This document shows, piece after piece, positions 40,908 through 52,995 of a stretch of DNA of 64,000 bases. The DNA lies in assembly GCF_006345805.1 (NCBI RefSeq), contig NC_042997.1, positions 119,040,001-119,104,000 on the forward strand, read 5' to 3'. Within the stretch, counting starts at the first letter, position 1; every line of letters starts with the position of its first letter. The notes beneath the pieces were generated by a model. It did not search any database. It saw only the letters and a list, made by a program, of their open reading frames with translations, and was not told the origin of the DNA. The position numbers and the translations under genes are program-made. This DNA is from Octopus sinensis (lineage: Eukaryota).

Positions 40908-41301
40908 CATTTAAAGACACGATGCATTTCTTTAAGTGCTACGAATACTTTCTTCCGTTGACAGATTCTTCAAGCACAAACCGCATATCATAACTAGTTC
41001 GTTATGGTATGTGCCTTGTGTCAGATTGTTTGTGCCTGAAGAATATGTTTGAAATATTTCTGAACATAGGAAGCTATCAGTAGTACTGAAAGGCATGTAT
41101 TGTATCCTTTAATTAAATTATACCATTACAGGATGGAGTATTTTTTTGTTGAATTTTCTATCACGGAACAGTATAATAAATGTATGTGTGTGGTTGTGTG
41201 TGTGATTGTGTATGTGGGTGTGTGAGTGTGTGTGTGTGTACTATATATGTCCACCGAAACACACACGCAGACGCACGCACGCATATATTTATATGTGTGT
41301 G

Positions 41302-41347
<46 letters not shown>

Positions 41348-41350
<3 letters not shown>

Positions 41351-41597
41351 GCACGTGGCTTAGTGGTTAGGGTGTCAACACCATGATCGCAAGATTATGG
41401 ATTCGATTCCTGGACGGGGCGACGCGTGTTCTTGAGCAAAACACTTCACTTCACGTGGCTCCAGTCCACTCAGCTGGCAAAAATGAGTAGCTCTGCGGTG
41501 GACTGGCGTCCCGCCCAGCTGGGGAACACATACGCCATAGAAACCAGGAAACCGGGGCCATGAGCCTGGCTAGGCTTTAAAATGGCGCATTTATTTA
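41348..41597 (+). mobile_element. SINE family C, full length
   Basis: gtggcttagtggttagg A box, attcgattcc B box, tail ggcgcatttattt. Confidence 0.9.
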
Positions 41598-42149
41598 TTA
41601 TATATATATATTACGTTTGGTGAGAACAGTTTCAACATATTTCTGCGAAATTGGACCTGATTTGCTGGTAAAGCTACCGTATATGACTAAACATGACTAT
41701 GTGAAGCACGTGAGACTGTAAATATTTATTTCTCTTTTTGGGACATGGCTTGCGTAATTCTAGTGCCGTTGTTATTAATACTGAGGAAGACACACAACTA
41801 GGAGCATTTGAGGATAATTTGTGTAGCATTCATTTTGGATTTCTACTTTTCATTTTCAGATCCTGCTGCAGTCAGTGTTACTATTTATTCTGTTAGTGTC
41901 AATATAATTTAACATTTTAGGGCTGTGGAAGAACATTCCTAAATCTATTTTCCCCAATGTATGAGGTTGTGTCGAAATCCAACCAGGAACAGACTGCTTT
42001 TATCAACAACGGTCTCTTCCTGGCGGTAAAAATATCTTTATTAATTGTAACAAACAAGAGATACACCTCCCTTTTCGGACGCTGTGTCTAACTGGAGTAA
42101 ATCTGTCACATTATACTAAAAACTATTTATATATATATATATATATATA

Positions 42150-42562
42150 TGGATGCAGAAGTGGCTGTGTGGTAAGTAGCTTGCTAACCAACCACATGGT
42201 TCCGGCTTCAGTCCCACTGCGTTGCATGTTGGGCAAGTGTCTTCTACTATAGCCTCGGGCCGACCAATGCCTTGTGAGTGGATTTGGTAGACGGAAACTG
42301 AAAGAAGCCCGTCGTATATATGTATATATATGTATATATGTATATGTATATGTGTATGTTTGTGTGTCTGTGTTTGTCCCCCTAGCATTGCTTGACAACC
42401 GATGCTGGTGTGTTTACGTCGCCGTCACTTAGCGTTTCGGCAAAAGAGACCGATAGATGAAGTACTAGGCTTACAAAGAATAAGTCCTGGGGTCGATTTG
42501 CTCGACTAAAGGCGGTGCTCCAGCATGGCCGCAGTCAAATGACTGAAACAAGTAAAAGAGAG
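42150..42562 (+). mobile_element. SINE family B, full length
   Basis: gtggctgtgtggtaag A box, ttcagtccc B-box region, internal TA/TG tract, tail gactgaaacaagtaaaag. Confidence 0.9.
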
Positions 42563-42627
<65 letters not shown>

Positions 42628-42695
42628 TTGTAAAAAATGAAGTTCGAAAATGCTGCTGTATTATACAATTTTTAATTTTTATATATATACATTAT

Positions 42696-42729
42696 AACAT
42701 GTTTCAGTTCCTGAAATGAACTTTATCAA
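42696..42729 (-). ncRNA. Minimal HHR-like motif with U3-A8 core
   Basis: TTGATAA AGTTC atttcag GAACT GAA ACATGT T: 5-bp stem II and palindromic stem III, but poor stem I. Confidence 0.5.
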
Positions 42730-43109
42730 AAAAGTTATATATAAAAAAAGACAGCTCATGCCATCAAACACAAGAAATTCATTTATAATACACAACGGAG
42801 TCAGACATCTTAGAGTTCATATATAGTTGATATATAGTTCATGTATAGTTGATATATAGTTTGAAGTATATGTCCAAAGTGTTCGATGCAGTGGCCCACG
42901 GTGGCGATACGTATTCAATACAAAAAACAGATCAAAGTGGTGGAAAGCGGTCAATACAGAAGATTGATGTTTCCGAAAGAGCGAGGAATTCATTTTTACC
43001 TTAAACAAATGTAATGACCCATGGTGGATGTTCGGTGGGTGGTTCTAATGAGTTTCTGTGAAGTGTTCGGTTTTATAATGCCTGTTGGGTGGTCAATTCA
43101 GCGTAGCGT

Positions 43110-43535
43110 GACGTCATCAACGTTTTGACCAATCGTTTCGTTAGGTGGCTTTAGTCAAGTAGAACGGGACGTCATCATTATTTTGACCAATCGCTGCATT
43201 ATAACTGCCTCTTGTTTGTTTTCCTGTTTTGACCAGTCGCTTCGTTAGTCAAGTAGAACGGGACGTCATCATTATTTTGACCAATCGCTGCATTATAACT
43301 GCCTCTTGTTTGTTTCCTGTCCTGACCAGTCGCTTCGTTAGTCAAGCAGAACGGGACGTCATGCAGATTCTGCCCAATCACGACTTATAGCTACATTAGA
43401 TCTGCCTCCTGTCTGTAATTGTTAGGTGACTATTCAAACAGAAAAGGACGTCATCAATATTCTGACTAATGACTGTCCCCTGTTTGTATCCTGTCCATTC
43501 TAGCTGAGCTAGACGTCATCAACTTGTTGACCAAT
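43110..43535. promoter_or_regulatory. Array of six GACGTCA-N12-CCAAT (CRE-like plus NF-Y-like) modules
   Basis: GACGTCA at 43110, 43168, 43262, 43355, 43447 and 43512, each followed after exactly 12 nt by CCAAT (CTAAT in the fifth). Confidence 0.65.
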
Positions 43536-43705
43536 CAGAATCGGGTCTGACCCTTAGTTGTATCGTATGTATCAGGGTCAGATTTGCACGAAAGAATTTT
43601 TTTCCCTTTTTTACTTAGGTATATTTCCGTCAGAGTGAGTGTCTGTTTGAAGTAGCGGTCGTGGTGGAATTTTGCTTCTCCTTTTCGGAGGACTTATCTT
43701 TTGTT

Positions 43706-44593
43706 TTAGTATTCCTGGCCCAGGGTGTTTAAACTTGGTCTAAATTTTTTTATGAAATATAGTTCTTTATTTTGGCGTTGTGTGAAGGTTGCGTTGTCAC
43801 TGAATTTATAGAGCGGGTTAATTGTAAATTTCGGATTTACATTTCCAGCACATCTATCTATGTGTCCGCTGACCGGTATTTTGCGGTAATCAGGGTTTCT
43901 AATTTGTGATTTATGCACCGCCATCCTGTTACGTAAGCTATTTTTTGTATGGCCTATATACTGCCTATTGCAGCCTGCGCATGTTATGACGTAAATTAAG
44001 TTTTCTGATGCGCAGGTGAAGTTTGTTCTAATGGTGAACTGGTGGCCTTGTTCCAGTATAAATTCTGATCCTTCTTTCAAGATGACACAGATTCCGCAGT
44101 TGGGCCTTCCACATTTTCTAACTACTGGTTTTGTGGTTGATGTTGAGTGCAGTGTAGCTTGGGTTAAAATCCTTTTCAAAGATTTTGGTTGCCGTTTACT
44201 TTTAATGATGGTGTGTGTTTCGAGGATCCGGTTCATCTTTGGGTCTCCCTTTAGTAGGGCTGTGCTTTGTAGTATGGTGTTGAAGGCCTCATTGTTGAGT
44301 GGGTTGTGTGTAGAAATGTAGGGAAGGGTTTTTAATTGTTCTTTCTTTTTTTGTTTTGTTTGTCTCAGGTCTTCTATACTTAATTTAAGTACCCGTTGGA
44401 TTGCACTGTCTATTAGGGGCTGTGGATAGTTTCTATTTGTGAGTGTGGTTCTAAGTTCCTGGAGACGTGTGTGTCGGGTGTTTGTGTCTGATATTATGGT
44501 GCAAATCCTTCTAGCTAAACAAAAAGGGACATTAATTCTAGTGTGTCGTGGGTGGCATGAATCAAAGGGTAGGTACTGTTTAGAGTCTGTCGG
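43706..44593 (-). CDS. PLE polyprotein C-terminal 296 codons: RT thumb, Cys linker, GIY-YIG endonuclease (5'-truncated, no stops)
   Basis: PTDSKQYLPFDSCHPRH..ARRICTI..NYP; CGRPNCGIC; NLIYVITCAGCNRQYIGHT..R..H; KELYFIKKF..LN. The frame continues open upstream of the track ORF start at 44236. Confidence 0.93.
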   Translation of the reverse strand, partial: PTDSKQYLPFDSCHPRHTRINVPFCLARRICTIISDTNTRHTRLQELRTTLTNRNYPQPLIDSAIQRVLKLSIEDLRQTKQKKKEQLKTLPYISTHNPLNNEAFNTILQSTALLKGDPKMNRILETHTIIKSKRQPKSLKRILTQATLHSTSTTKPVVRKCGRPNCGICVILKEGSEFILEQGHQFTIRTNFTCASENLIYVITCAGCNRQYIGHTKNSLRNRMAVHKSQIRNPDYRKIPVSGHIDRCAGNVNPKFTINPLYKFSDNATFTQRQNKELYFIKKFRPSLNTLGQEY

Positions 44594-44594
44594 T

Positions 44595-44625
<31 letters not shown>

Positions 44626-44728
44626 ATTTATAAACATTTATGAATTTAACCTTTAAAGGTATTTTTTAATATGCTGGCCATTGATAGAATTTTTTTTCGA
44701 AAAATTTTATCCTAAATTATATATATAC

Positions 44729-46242
44729 TAGCATGAAAGACCCGTCGTTGCCAGGTCATAGTGCTAGTGCATGTATATATATGTATATATATGTGTACAT
44801 ATGTATATATATGTGTAAATCTATATATATACATCTACACATAAAATACAAAATACAAAGTTATATCTTGATATCGCTAGTGATAACGATACTTAAAATA
44901 TATAACAGACTGGATTGTTAGCCCGTCTCTAGTAATTTCGATCAATTGTATCTTGTCCTCCCTCTTTTATAGAAGTGTGGCTACAATCCAGCCTACCTCT
45001 ACTTCGGGGGGGGGGGGGCATTTCAAACTTTTATCCGGGACGTCCTCCGCCCCAGATATAAAGGTAAAAATAAAACATTTCCACATTGCAAGGTTCGAGT
45101 CGAGTACTCCCATGCATGCTCCGTTGACTCGAACCTTGCTTCTATTGTGGCGAATTTTCCGCCTCTGGTTAGATACTAGATATCTTTCATAGTCGCACCA
45201 AGACACTATTGAATGGTGCTTTCCTCCAGGTGTTCAAATCGTTTTTTTTTTCTCTACATTGTATACTTTATAGGCAATAGTCTATTCTTTAATCTTATTT
45301 TTTTATTTCGTTTGGTGGTGTTATCCTAGATTCACCGACAAAGACGGTGATCAATCCGAAATAGGTTTGTATTTCTTCCATTTTAATTTTAATGAGTTCG
45401 CCACCCGCCGACGGCTGCAGCGAAATTCATTTTTGGACTTTCTTCTATCGAAGGCATTCTAACAAAAATGCTTCCGTGTAAACGGTGAAAATATTGTCAA
45501 TTTCCCCAAACAGGGACACAATTCAATTTTTAAACAATAACCAAAGCTCCTTCTCCCAAAGGGGGAGAGTTACGGTTTACAATTATTTAACAAATGCAAC
45601 ACAACAACGCTTCCCTTACGAGGAACCAACAAACGTGATAACAATAGTTAAACAGAAATATTAATAACAACAAACCTTATAGTAAACCAAAAAGCAGTAC
45701 TCTGTTGAGGCTATAGGCCTTTATGGATCAGAAATAAACCAACAGCGGTACTCAGTAGAAGCATCTTTCGTACAGCCAAACTTCATATAGATACTTAATG
45801 CTAGCTAATTAGCAAATAATCTAATGTAAAAGCCGTGCACACCTCCATCTGGACTATTCCATTTCTGCACTTAAATTTTATTTTTTATTTGTTCCCATTC
45901 ATGTGAAACCACTGATTCAAGTTCAAGTCATTGATGCAATGTTACGATTTAATTATTATATCATACTTTAGTTTGATTTTAATTATTACTTACTACATAT
46001 ATTTCAATTGTTATTATTATCTCTAATTTTTATTGTTAAAGTGAAAGTATCTGACATAAAATAGAGAGATGTTTTTGTTTCACTTTTAACACGTAATACT
46101 GAAATAGTGGAAAAGATATGATATTGCTATGGGCTCACCCTAGGCAAGGGGTTGAACATTTTTTTTTGCCCATGAAACTACATGGACCCTAAGTAAAGCA
46201 TGTGTAAAATTTGAATGAAATTGGTTGTGTAGTTCTCAAGTT

Positions 46243-46273
<31 letters not shown>

Positions 46274-46288
46274 TATACACGTTCTCAG

Positions 46289-46290
<2 letters not shown>
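44729..46290 (+). mobile_element. Possible non-autonomous Helentron/DINE-like element with internal inserts
   Basis: Starts actagc..cccgtcgttgccagg; ends with aaaatttgaatgaaattggttgtgtagtt plus (CAGA)n, a layout typical of DINE/HINE ends. Confidence 0.35.
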
Positions 46291-46323
<33 letters not shown>

Positions 46324-46360
46324 TACACACACATACACACACATACACACACACACACAA

Positions 46361-46399
<39 letters not shown>

Positions 46400-46546
46400 G
46401 GTATAGTAGCATAAATAAACGGGTATTAACGATGAAGAAACATAGAAAATGGGCAGCGAATTCGCCGATTTGATAACATTCGCAGACAATGACTCGCGGC
46501 ATTTGTCACTACTCTGTACACAGCGCGTTCAAGTTGATCAGCTTAC

Positions 46547-46799
46547 CAAATTTTCTGTCATCCTTTCTGCAGAGTCATACCGATTATTTTGCAGTGCCTT
46601 TCTGGTTGTTAGTGTTGATTGCAAATCTCACCAAGTGTTGTAGACTATATCCATTCTCCTGTTCAACACCACTATCTGGACTTTTGAGAGGCTTTAGCGA
46701 ATTTTATTCTATAGCAAACGATTTAACCAGCTTCCCATTTTACCGAAACTTTATTCCATGCTTTCCAAGAGTCTCAGTGGCTCCATGTTTCGATCCACA
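46547..46799 (-). other. Candidate non-coding (UTR or lncRNA) exon, 253 nt
   Basis: Acceptor ttttttgtttcattttaag, donor G|gtaagc; stops in all three frames. Confidence 0.35.
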
Positions 46800-49094
46800 C
46801 TTAAAATGAAACAAAAAATGACAAGCAAAAAACCGCGCACATTTTTTGTGTAGGTGAAATGTATGTCGACTACATGGAGCATATTGAAGAATTGGATAAG
46901 ATTACTGAAAGACAAACTCCAATAAGGCAACATCGTGTAAAATCAAACATTTTCATAATTACGAGTTAGAATATTAATACGAAAATAGTTAATAATCAAC
47001 GACTAAATTTCGCAACTTACTGCCTATCGATTTTAGAGGAAGGCATTGTAAGCAATTCTCTAATGAGATTTAAACTCTGTGCCTCGTATTATTTTTAGGT
47101 AAACATATTATCTTTCACAGAATTATCCACTAATCAATTGACTATAAAATTTCTGTGCATAATAACCTTGTATTTTAAGAAATATTGGTGACGTGTAATC
47201 TCCACGATTTCCTAATTCTGTAATCTGATTTTTCCATTGAATAATCTGATGTTTCCATAAATGGCCAGGATGTATTGTGCTTCATTTAGTTCGGTGTTCT
47301 ATAAGATACTGGAACGTAGTTTAGGCGCAATGATTATGTATATGTTAATGAGAAAATAGAATTTTGCAACATTCATATATTTCCAGACAACGCAGCCTAT
47401 CTATAAAGAGTTAACATTTTTATCTAGAAATTCTGAATATAGTGCCATAACTGGCATTGATAACCTTTGGCGCTGCAACGTATAATAATGCTAAAAACTC
47501 TTTATACTGACAGATTATTAAGATATTATTTGACGGGGAAGTTGTTTGCGTTTATTAAGTTATCTAAAAACTGGTGAACTGATCAAGGTATTCAATGATA
47601 TCCGCCATGTTATAAATATGCATAATAATTTTTTGTTAGTTTCACAGCAGTGTTAAAAACGAACGGGAAAAAAATCCGGCTAACTGACATTTCTCTCGCG
47701 TTTGAAAGGAATAATTTGAAAAGAAAATACGATTATGAAATTTTTCTTTAGAATGTGCTTTTTTTTTCAATCTCATCCTGCTGGTAACGTTGAATGAAAT
47801 ATAACTGTGCAATTTCTAGTCTTGTTTTATAGTTATTACAGGGTCGGTAATATAGTCTAAACGCAAACAAAACGGGAAGATAAAAGTTGTTAGCTACAAA
47901 ACACAAATTAACAATCAATTCAATAGGTTTCTTTTAAAAACTATTTCCAATGTTAGAAAATAATCTTTATAATTACAACTCAATGTTTACCTATAAGATT
48001 AACCCACCTCGAACACAGACATACCATCTTTAACACTCTCATTCTTTAAATGTATGTACGACTACATTATCTAATGGCGTCATGTACTTAAGACAGTATG
48101 GTGTGATTTGTGTAATATATAACTAGTTATTTTTCGGGATCGAACGAACACATTTGATGCTTAAATTATTAATTTATGCTCTTTAGATTGTGGTACTGAT
48201 TCAGGAGACTTGACTAGAGGGCCCCAATCAACATATTGTATGTAATATGCCACAAGAGTGGGATATTACAACCTATTTCAATGGTCTTCTTTCGATGTAT
48301 TTTGATAAAAAGGATGCATTTTTTAATTCTCTTAGTTGACAGTTATTCATATGTTAACACTAATGCGTATGAGAGATGGGGGCCAATGGAGTACTTTAAA
48401 AGATTATTGTCAAGCCTGAATAATGCGATTTCTGTAAGAGTTTTGACAGTAATGCGTATGAGAAATGGGGGCCAAAGGAGTATTTTAAAAAGTTATTGTC
48501 GAGCCTGAATAATACGATTTGTGTATGAGTGTTTACAACCGGAACTGCTTTGATTAATGACACAATGTTTATCAAACGTGCTCCAGTTATAGCCACTTCA
48601 TCTTTACTCACACATTGCATGTTGATCTCAATTAACCAATGCGTCGTTCATTTTTCTGTGATTGTGTGGTTCCCTTTCATGCTGCTCTGGCATTCACTGG
48701 GACTGGAAATTCATTCATTGTGTTCTTTCGTAAGATGTATTTGAAAATGTATCTACATCCGTAAGAAATTATTGAAGCAAAATATTCACACTCATCTTCT
48801 GTCACATCAAGAGAGATGGAAGAGATGAAAGAAAAATTGTCATCAAAGTATATGTTTATGGACTTTAAATCTAAGCTTATTCTAATAAATGAATACGAAA
48901 TTAAAATCAACAGAGTTTCTTAACTTTATTTATTAAGAAATAGTTGAACTTCTCTCTGAAGTTTAACATGAGATTATGATAAATGAATTGGGTCACTGAC
49001 ATACTCTAGTTTGATTAACTACTTGACTTGGCATAGAAGTCAATGGTATTACTATCATAATAAACTTATTTCCTCTCATACATCACACAACAAC

Positions 49095-49345
49095 TAGATA
49101 TATTTAAAATTCAATCAGCGAATTTGAAGCATTTGATACATTTGATTTTGCTTCTCTTCAAGACTAACACATCATACTTTCTCAGTCCGATATCCATTCC
49201 GATAACAGCACTGAAAGTATACACCATATCAATGAGGAGCTGACTTGGGCTTCATCTTTACCACAAAGTTTGAGGTCATCCATGAATAACAAATGGTCGA
49301 TTTTTGTTGGCAGCTTTTGAATACATGCCTAGCTTTTTCTTTCCT
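49095..49345 (-). mobile_element. Second R4/Dong-type RT fragment (same subfamily as 2660-3143)
   Basis: KIDHLLFMDDLKLCGKDEAQV..FSAVIGMDIGLRK; near-identical DNA to 2660-2700. Confidence 0.75.
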
Positions 49346-49351
49346 CAGTGG

Positions 49352-52300
49352 TATTATTATTATTATTCTGTTTGACTTTTGCTTTACATTTTAGAAGTTG
49401 GCCCCAAGTCTAACCCAAAGACCTCTAGAGACAACAAGTTTGAAGTTCATGTTGGTGTTATGCCTAGGGTGCCATATATTTGGTTTTGTACTTAGTGTTG
49501 TACTAGTGAATGTCTAAAAAAACCATACGAAAATTATGTTTGTTTTATAACTTAAAGTATTTTGCGTAGGATATGAGCAGTTCCCATGAGCACTATCTTT
49601 TGAATTTCTGCCGTTTTGGGGTTTCCTGGTATCTGAGTTAGGTAGCAATCAGCCCCTTTTGCTATAATTCCCAGGGTACCTATAACAACAGGTATTGTTT
49701 TAGTGTACATTGCAGTGTACATTGGTCGACTATTAAAATAAACACATTGGGTTGTTCGTTAACAAAGTGATATCCTAGAAAAAAGGGAAGAAAGACAGAG
49801 GAAAGAAGGAAAAAACAGTAAAATTGAAAAAAGGAAACAAAGAATATATGAACCTTCATTTATTCCTAGGTATTCGTAGGTTTGTTCTTGCTCAATTTAT
49901 TGGTAACTGTATCAACACCTAACGCGACTAAATTCGGAGTCTTAAATTTCCCTTACCAGAAAGTGGCTTTGGCACACTTATTAAGGCTACACTCTCTCCC
50001 CATGTCATCGCTGAATACGTAATAGGCCTTCACTGCCATCGGTGTCTTTCCTATAGAATTTTAAGACATCCATATCAACTAGAGAGCGAATTTTCTTGTT
50101 ATCAATTTTATACCCAGAGCCTATTGTGTTAAGTTCACTTGTAAGATATATTAGTGCTATGCAAATAGATAGAGGTCAAAGTAAGTTACATTGGAAAATT
50201 CCACAATTGATGTTAATATAGTTAAAAACTGTTACTCCATTAGAATTGACAGGCATGATTGGTATGAAAGGTAATGCCTCGAAGACCAAAATCCTCACAG
50301 CAGGCTTCACCCCACCAGACAAAACACCCATTGTCCTCAATGGTGATATTCTTGAAGAGGTTGAGAGTTTCAAATACCTTGGCGCCATCATTACAGCCAC
50401 AATTCAAGGTGAGGCTGGCATTAAAACACGAATCGAGATCCGACGCACCATCAAAGAACGGTTCTACGAAACACTAGTGCGAAGGATTCTTCTTTACGGC
50501 AGCGAGTCATCGCCGATGAGGGTGGAAGATATTAAGCAACTAGAATTCTTCGATCACCTCTGTCTACGCCGCATCCTTCGTGTCCGATGGCATCACTTTG
50601 TATCCAACAATTCTGTGCGACACCAGTGCAAAATCACCTCCCTCCGACAAGTCATCCTAACGAGACGTCTGCGCTGGCTGGGTCATGCCCTCCGTCGTCA
50701 ACCAGGAGAATTCATCTACGAAGCAATTGCCCCAGCTCCACTTCAGGGTTGGCGAAAACGATGTGGTGGACAACGAAAAACCTGGCTGATGTCAGTCAAA
50801 GGTGATCTGGAACCCAACCTAGGCCCCCATGTCTACGGCGTTCGCCGCTGGAATATGGAGTGTTTGGAGATCATGCTGTCTTTAGCCTCAAATCGCCAGG
50901 CCTGGTAGGCTTTTGTGAGAGATGCAGCATTGAGGATGAATGAAACCATCTCAACCCACCCCGGGTGAAAGATGTCTCAAGACAAGACTCCATTAGAATG
51001 ACATAATTGAAATTTCGTATTCCACAATGATAAATGTTTCAGAAAATCTGAAATTACTGGAAAATTTCTGAAGAAGTTCGGCAATTTCAAGATCCATGAA
51101 TGTGGTCGGTACCCTTTTTGTTCAGTAGGAAAAATATCGTTCTGTTTCATACATGTTTTCTATACGCTGTTTGATGTGAAAATTATATAAGTAATTGAAA
51201 AACAGGGTATGGGCCGATAGTAGTTGTTTTCGAACTTTAGTTTCCTTATTCTTTGGAAGAAGTTAAATAATACCACTTGCTAACCAGTTAGGTGTTTTGA
51301 TAAGATCTCTCATAATTCCATTGAGCAGCTGAACTAATATTTGTGCGCGTATGGGAGCGATGCGTGACAGAAATTTGATACCTTATCTTTATCGTGAGAT
51401 CTCCATTCATGAGGCTCTTTGAGTGTCATCCATAGATCGGCTATTGCGAATGTCTTCTTTTCTTGTACGGGTAAATTTTGATAGGTTCATTCTGCGCGTC
51501 TAATCGAGTTTGCATTCCCGCTGTATGTCTTCTGAAAGTCTCCACTTTCTGTGCGAAGGTGATATTCAGTGTTTTTTTTCACCTTCCTTATTTCTCTGGA
51601 GAACGTTTTCGTATTGGATGTAAAATTGTTTCCTTTTTTCAAATCTCCATATTCATTGAGTTTTTTTGTGTCAGTGTTTCTCTTGTTGTTACCACTTCTC
51701 TTGTGAGGATCCATATTATCTTTTCCCCTTCCTTCCTTTTCGGGATCTTACATCGTTTCCTCAGATTAGTTCATTTAATATTGATATATTTCCCCCCTCA
51801 TTTACTCAATTAATTTTTCAATCTTACTTTTTTCAGTTTAGATTTCGTCTCAAGTTTGCTTTTCTTTGCTTTTTGAAGGCATTCAACTAGTTTCAAATGA
51901 CAGATGCATAAGTAATTTCATTTAACTCAGGAATATCAGGTTTTAATTCTTGTATAATTCCTTTTGTTCCATAGTTGCCAATTTCTATTTGTTCTTTTAT
52001 TTTTTATTTTTCATTTTCGCTCGTATTTGAGAGTTTATGAGGAGGTTCTCTAACGTTCATACATGCATGCCTTACAACTGCAAGCTTATTTAGAATTTTG
52101 TGCTTCACTTCCATCACAAATTCTCTGTGTTCTTCAGCAAATGCATGATCTTCAAATTCTGTTATTTTCCCACTTTCCTGGGCTATCTTTCTCAGGTTTT
52201 TCAGAAATTCCTATTTCTTCAGGCCCTTGTATGATTTCGCCAGATGACAGCCTTTCCCCTAAGACTCCTGACGGGCTTCACTCTTTACCTGATTCTGTCT

Positions 52301-52802
52301 TTCCTTCTGGTCTTATATTTAGGTCTGATTCTGCAACGTGCTTGAACGCAATTATTTCACTATATGTGAATCTATTCGGTCTAGAAAAATATTCATCCTA
52401 CATTTGCTAACTTGTTTTCATCCAGATAAGATCAGCTGCCTCGATTTCGAGTTCTCTCTAATTTATATGCAATTGTGGTATGTCACTTTCGAGATGGCAT
52501 ACCAAATGCAGAGTAATAAGCATGTGTTACTTTATTATACTCTTCCTTGATCCGGTTCATCTTTTAAAAAAGTCTATTTCTGGTGGCTTTAATGATGAAC
52601 TTGGAGGGCTCCATTTGTGGCAGTTCCCATTCAAGTGGTATTCCAGGTGCGTATTCGAAGGGTTTGTGCCAGTTGAGGACGTTTCGATTCTAGGCTGGCC
52701 CTCACCTGGGGGACACGCTCCTAGATTGACCATTGGACAAGCGACTGGCGTACACTTTTTAAGTTTCCTGTTTGTTTCTTAAAACATTTTTGTGCAGCAT
52801 TC
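49352..52802 (-). mobile_element. Decayed, internally deleted R4/Dong-clade retrotransposon with both ends
   Basis: N-terminal SREEYNKVTHAYYSA; RT TPNWLASG..LLPK..RPIPCF, TEQKGYR, CGIFQ..VDMDVLKFY..FSDDMG, KCAKATF, EQTYEYLGINEG; RLE C-terminus IPVVIGTLG..IQKIVLMGTAHILRKIL*; (AAT)n 3' tail; 5' end abuts (GAA)n. Confidence 0.85.
50247..50986 (+). mobile_element. 5'-truncated RTE-clade LINE nested in the R4/Dong RT, with 13-bp TSD
   Basis: EEVESFKYLG, LLYGSES, FDHLCLRRILRVRW, RRLRWLGHALR, RKRCGGQRKTW; tail caagacaag; TSD actccattagaat at 50234-50246 and 50987-50999. Confidence 0.92.
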
Positions 52803-52835
52803 TTCTTCTTCTTCTTCTTCTTCTTCTTCTTCTTC

Positions 52836-52867
<32 letters not shown>

Positions 52868-52995
52868 CTTCTACTTCTTCTTCCTGTTGATGTTGTTGTT
52901 GTTGTTGTTGTTCTTCTTCTTCTTCTTCTTCTTATTCCTGTTGATGTTGTTGTTGTTGTTGTTGTTCTTCTTCTTCTTCTTCTTCTTCTTCTTCT
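52801..52995. repeat. (TTC)n/(GTT)n compound microsatellite with an internal duplication
   Basis: Directly visible. Confidence 0.95.

Larger units (their letters stand above)
42632..44595 (-). mobile_element. Young 5'-truncated Penelope-like element (Neptune-like Cys linker), inserted between (TA)n tracts
   Basis: Uninterrupted 3' ORF, about 1.07-kb 3' region with a motif array and HHR-like motif, and (TA)n at both junctions. Confidence 0.92.

Noticed and set aside
41030-41100. CTGAAGA...GAAA motif
   Set aside because: Stem II base and stem I do not pair convincingly.
43110-43535. CRISPR-like repeat/spacer appearance
   Set aside because: Eukaryotic context, spacers are homologous to each other, no cas genes.
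47250-47560. Helitron Rep/helicase N-terminal resemblance on the minus strand
   Set aside because: Weak motif similarity only.
48361-48538. 89-bp diverged tandem duplication
   Set aside because: Two old copies only, with no motif or structure; ordinary local duplication.
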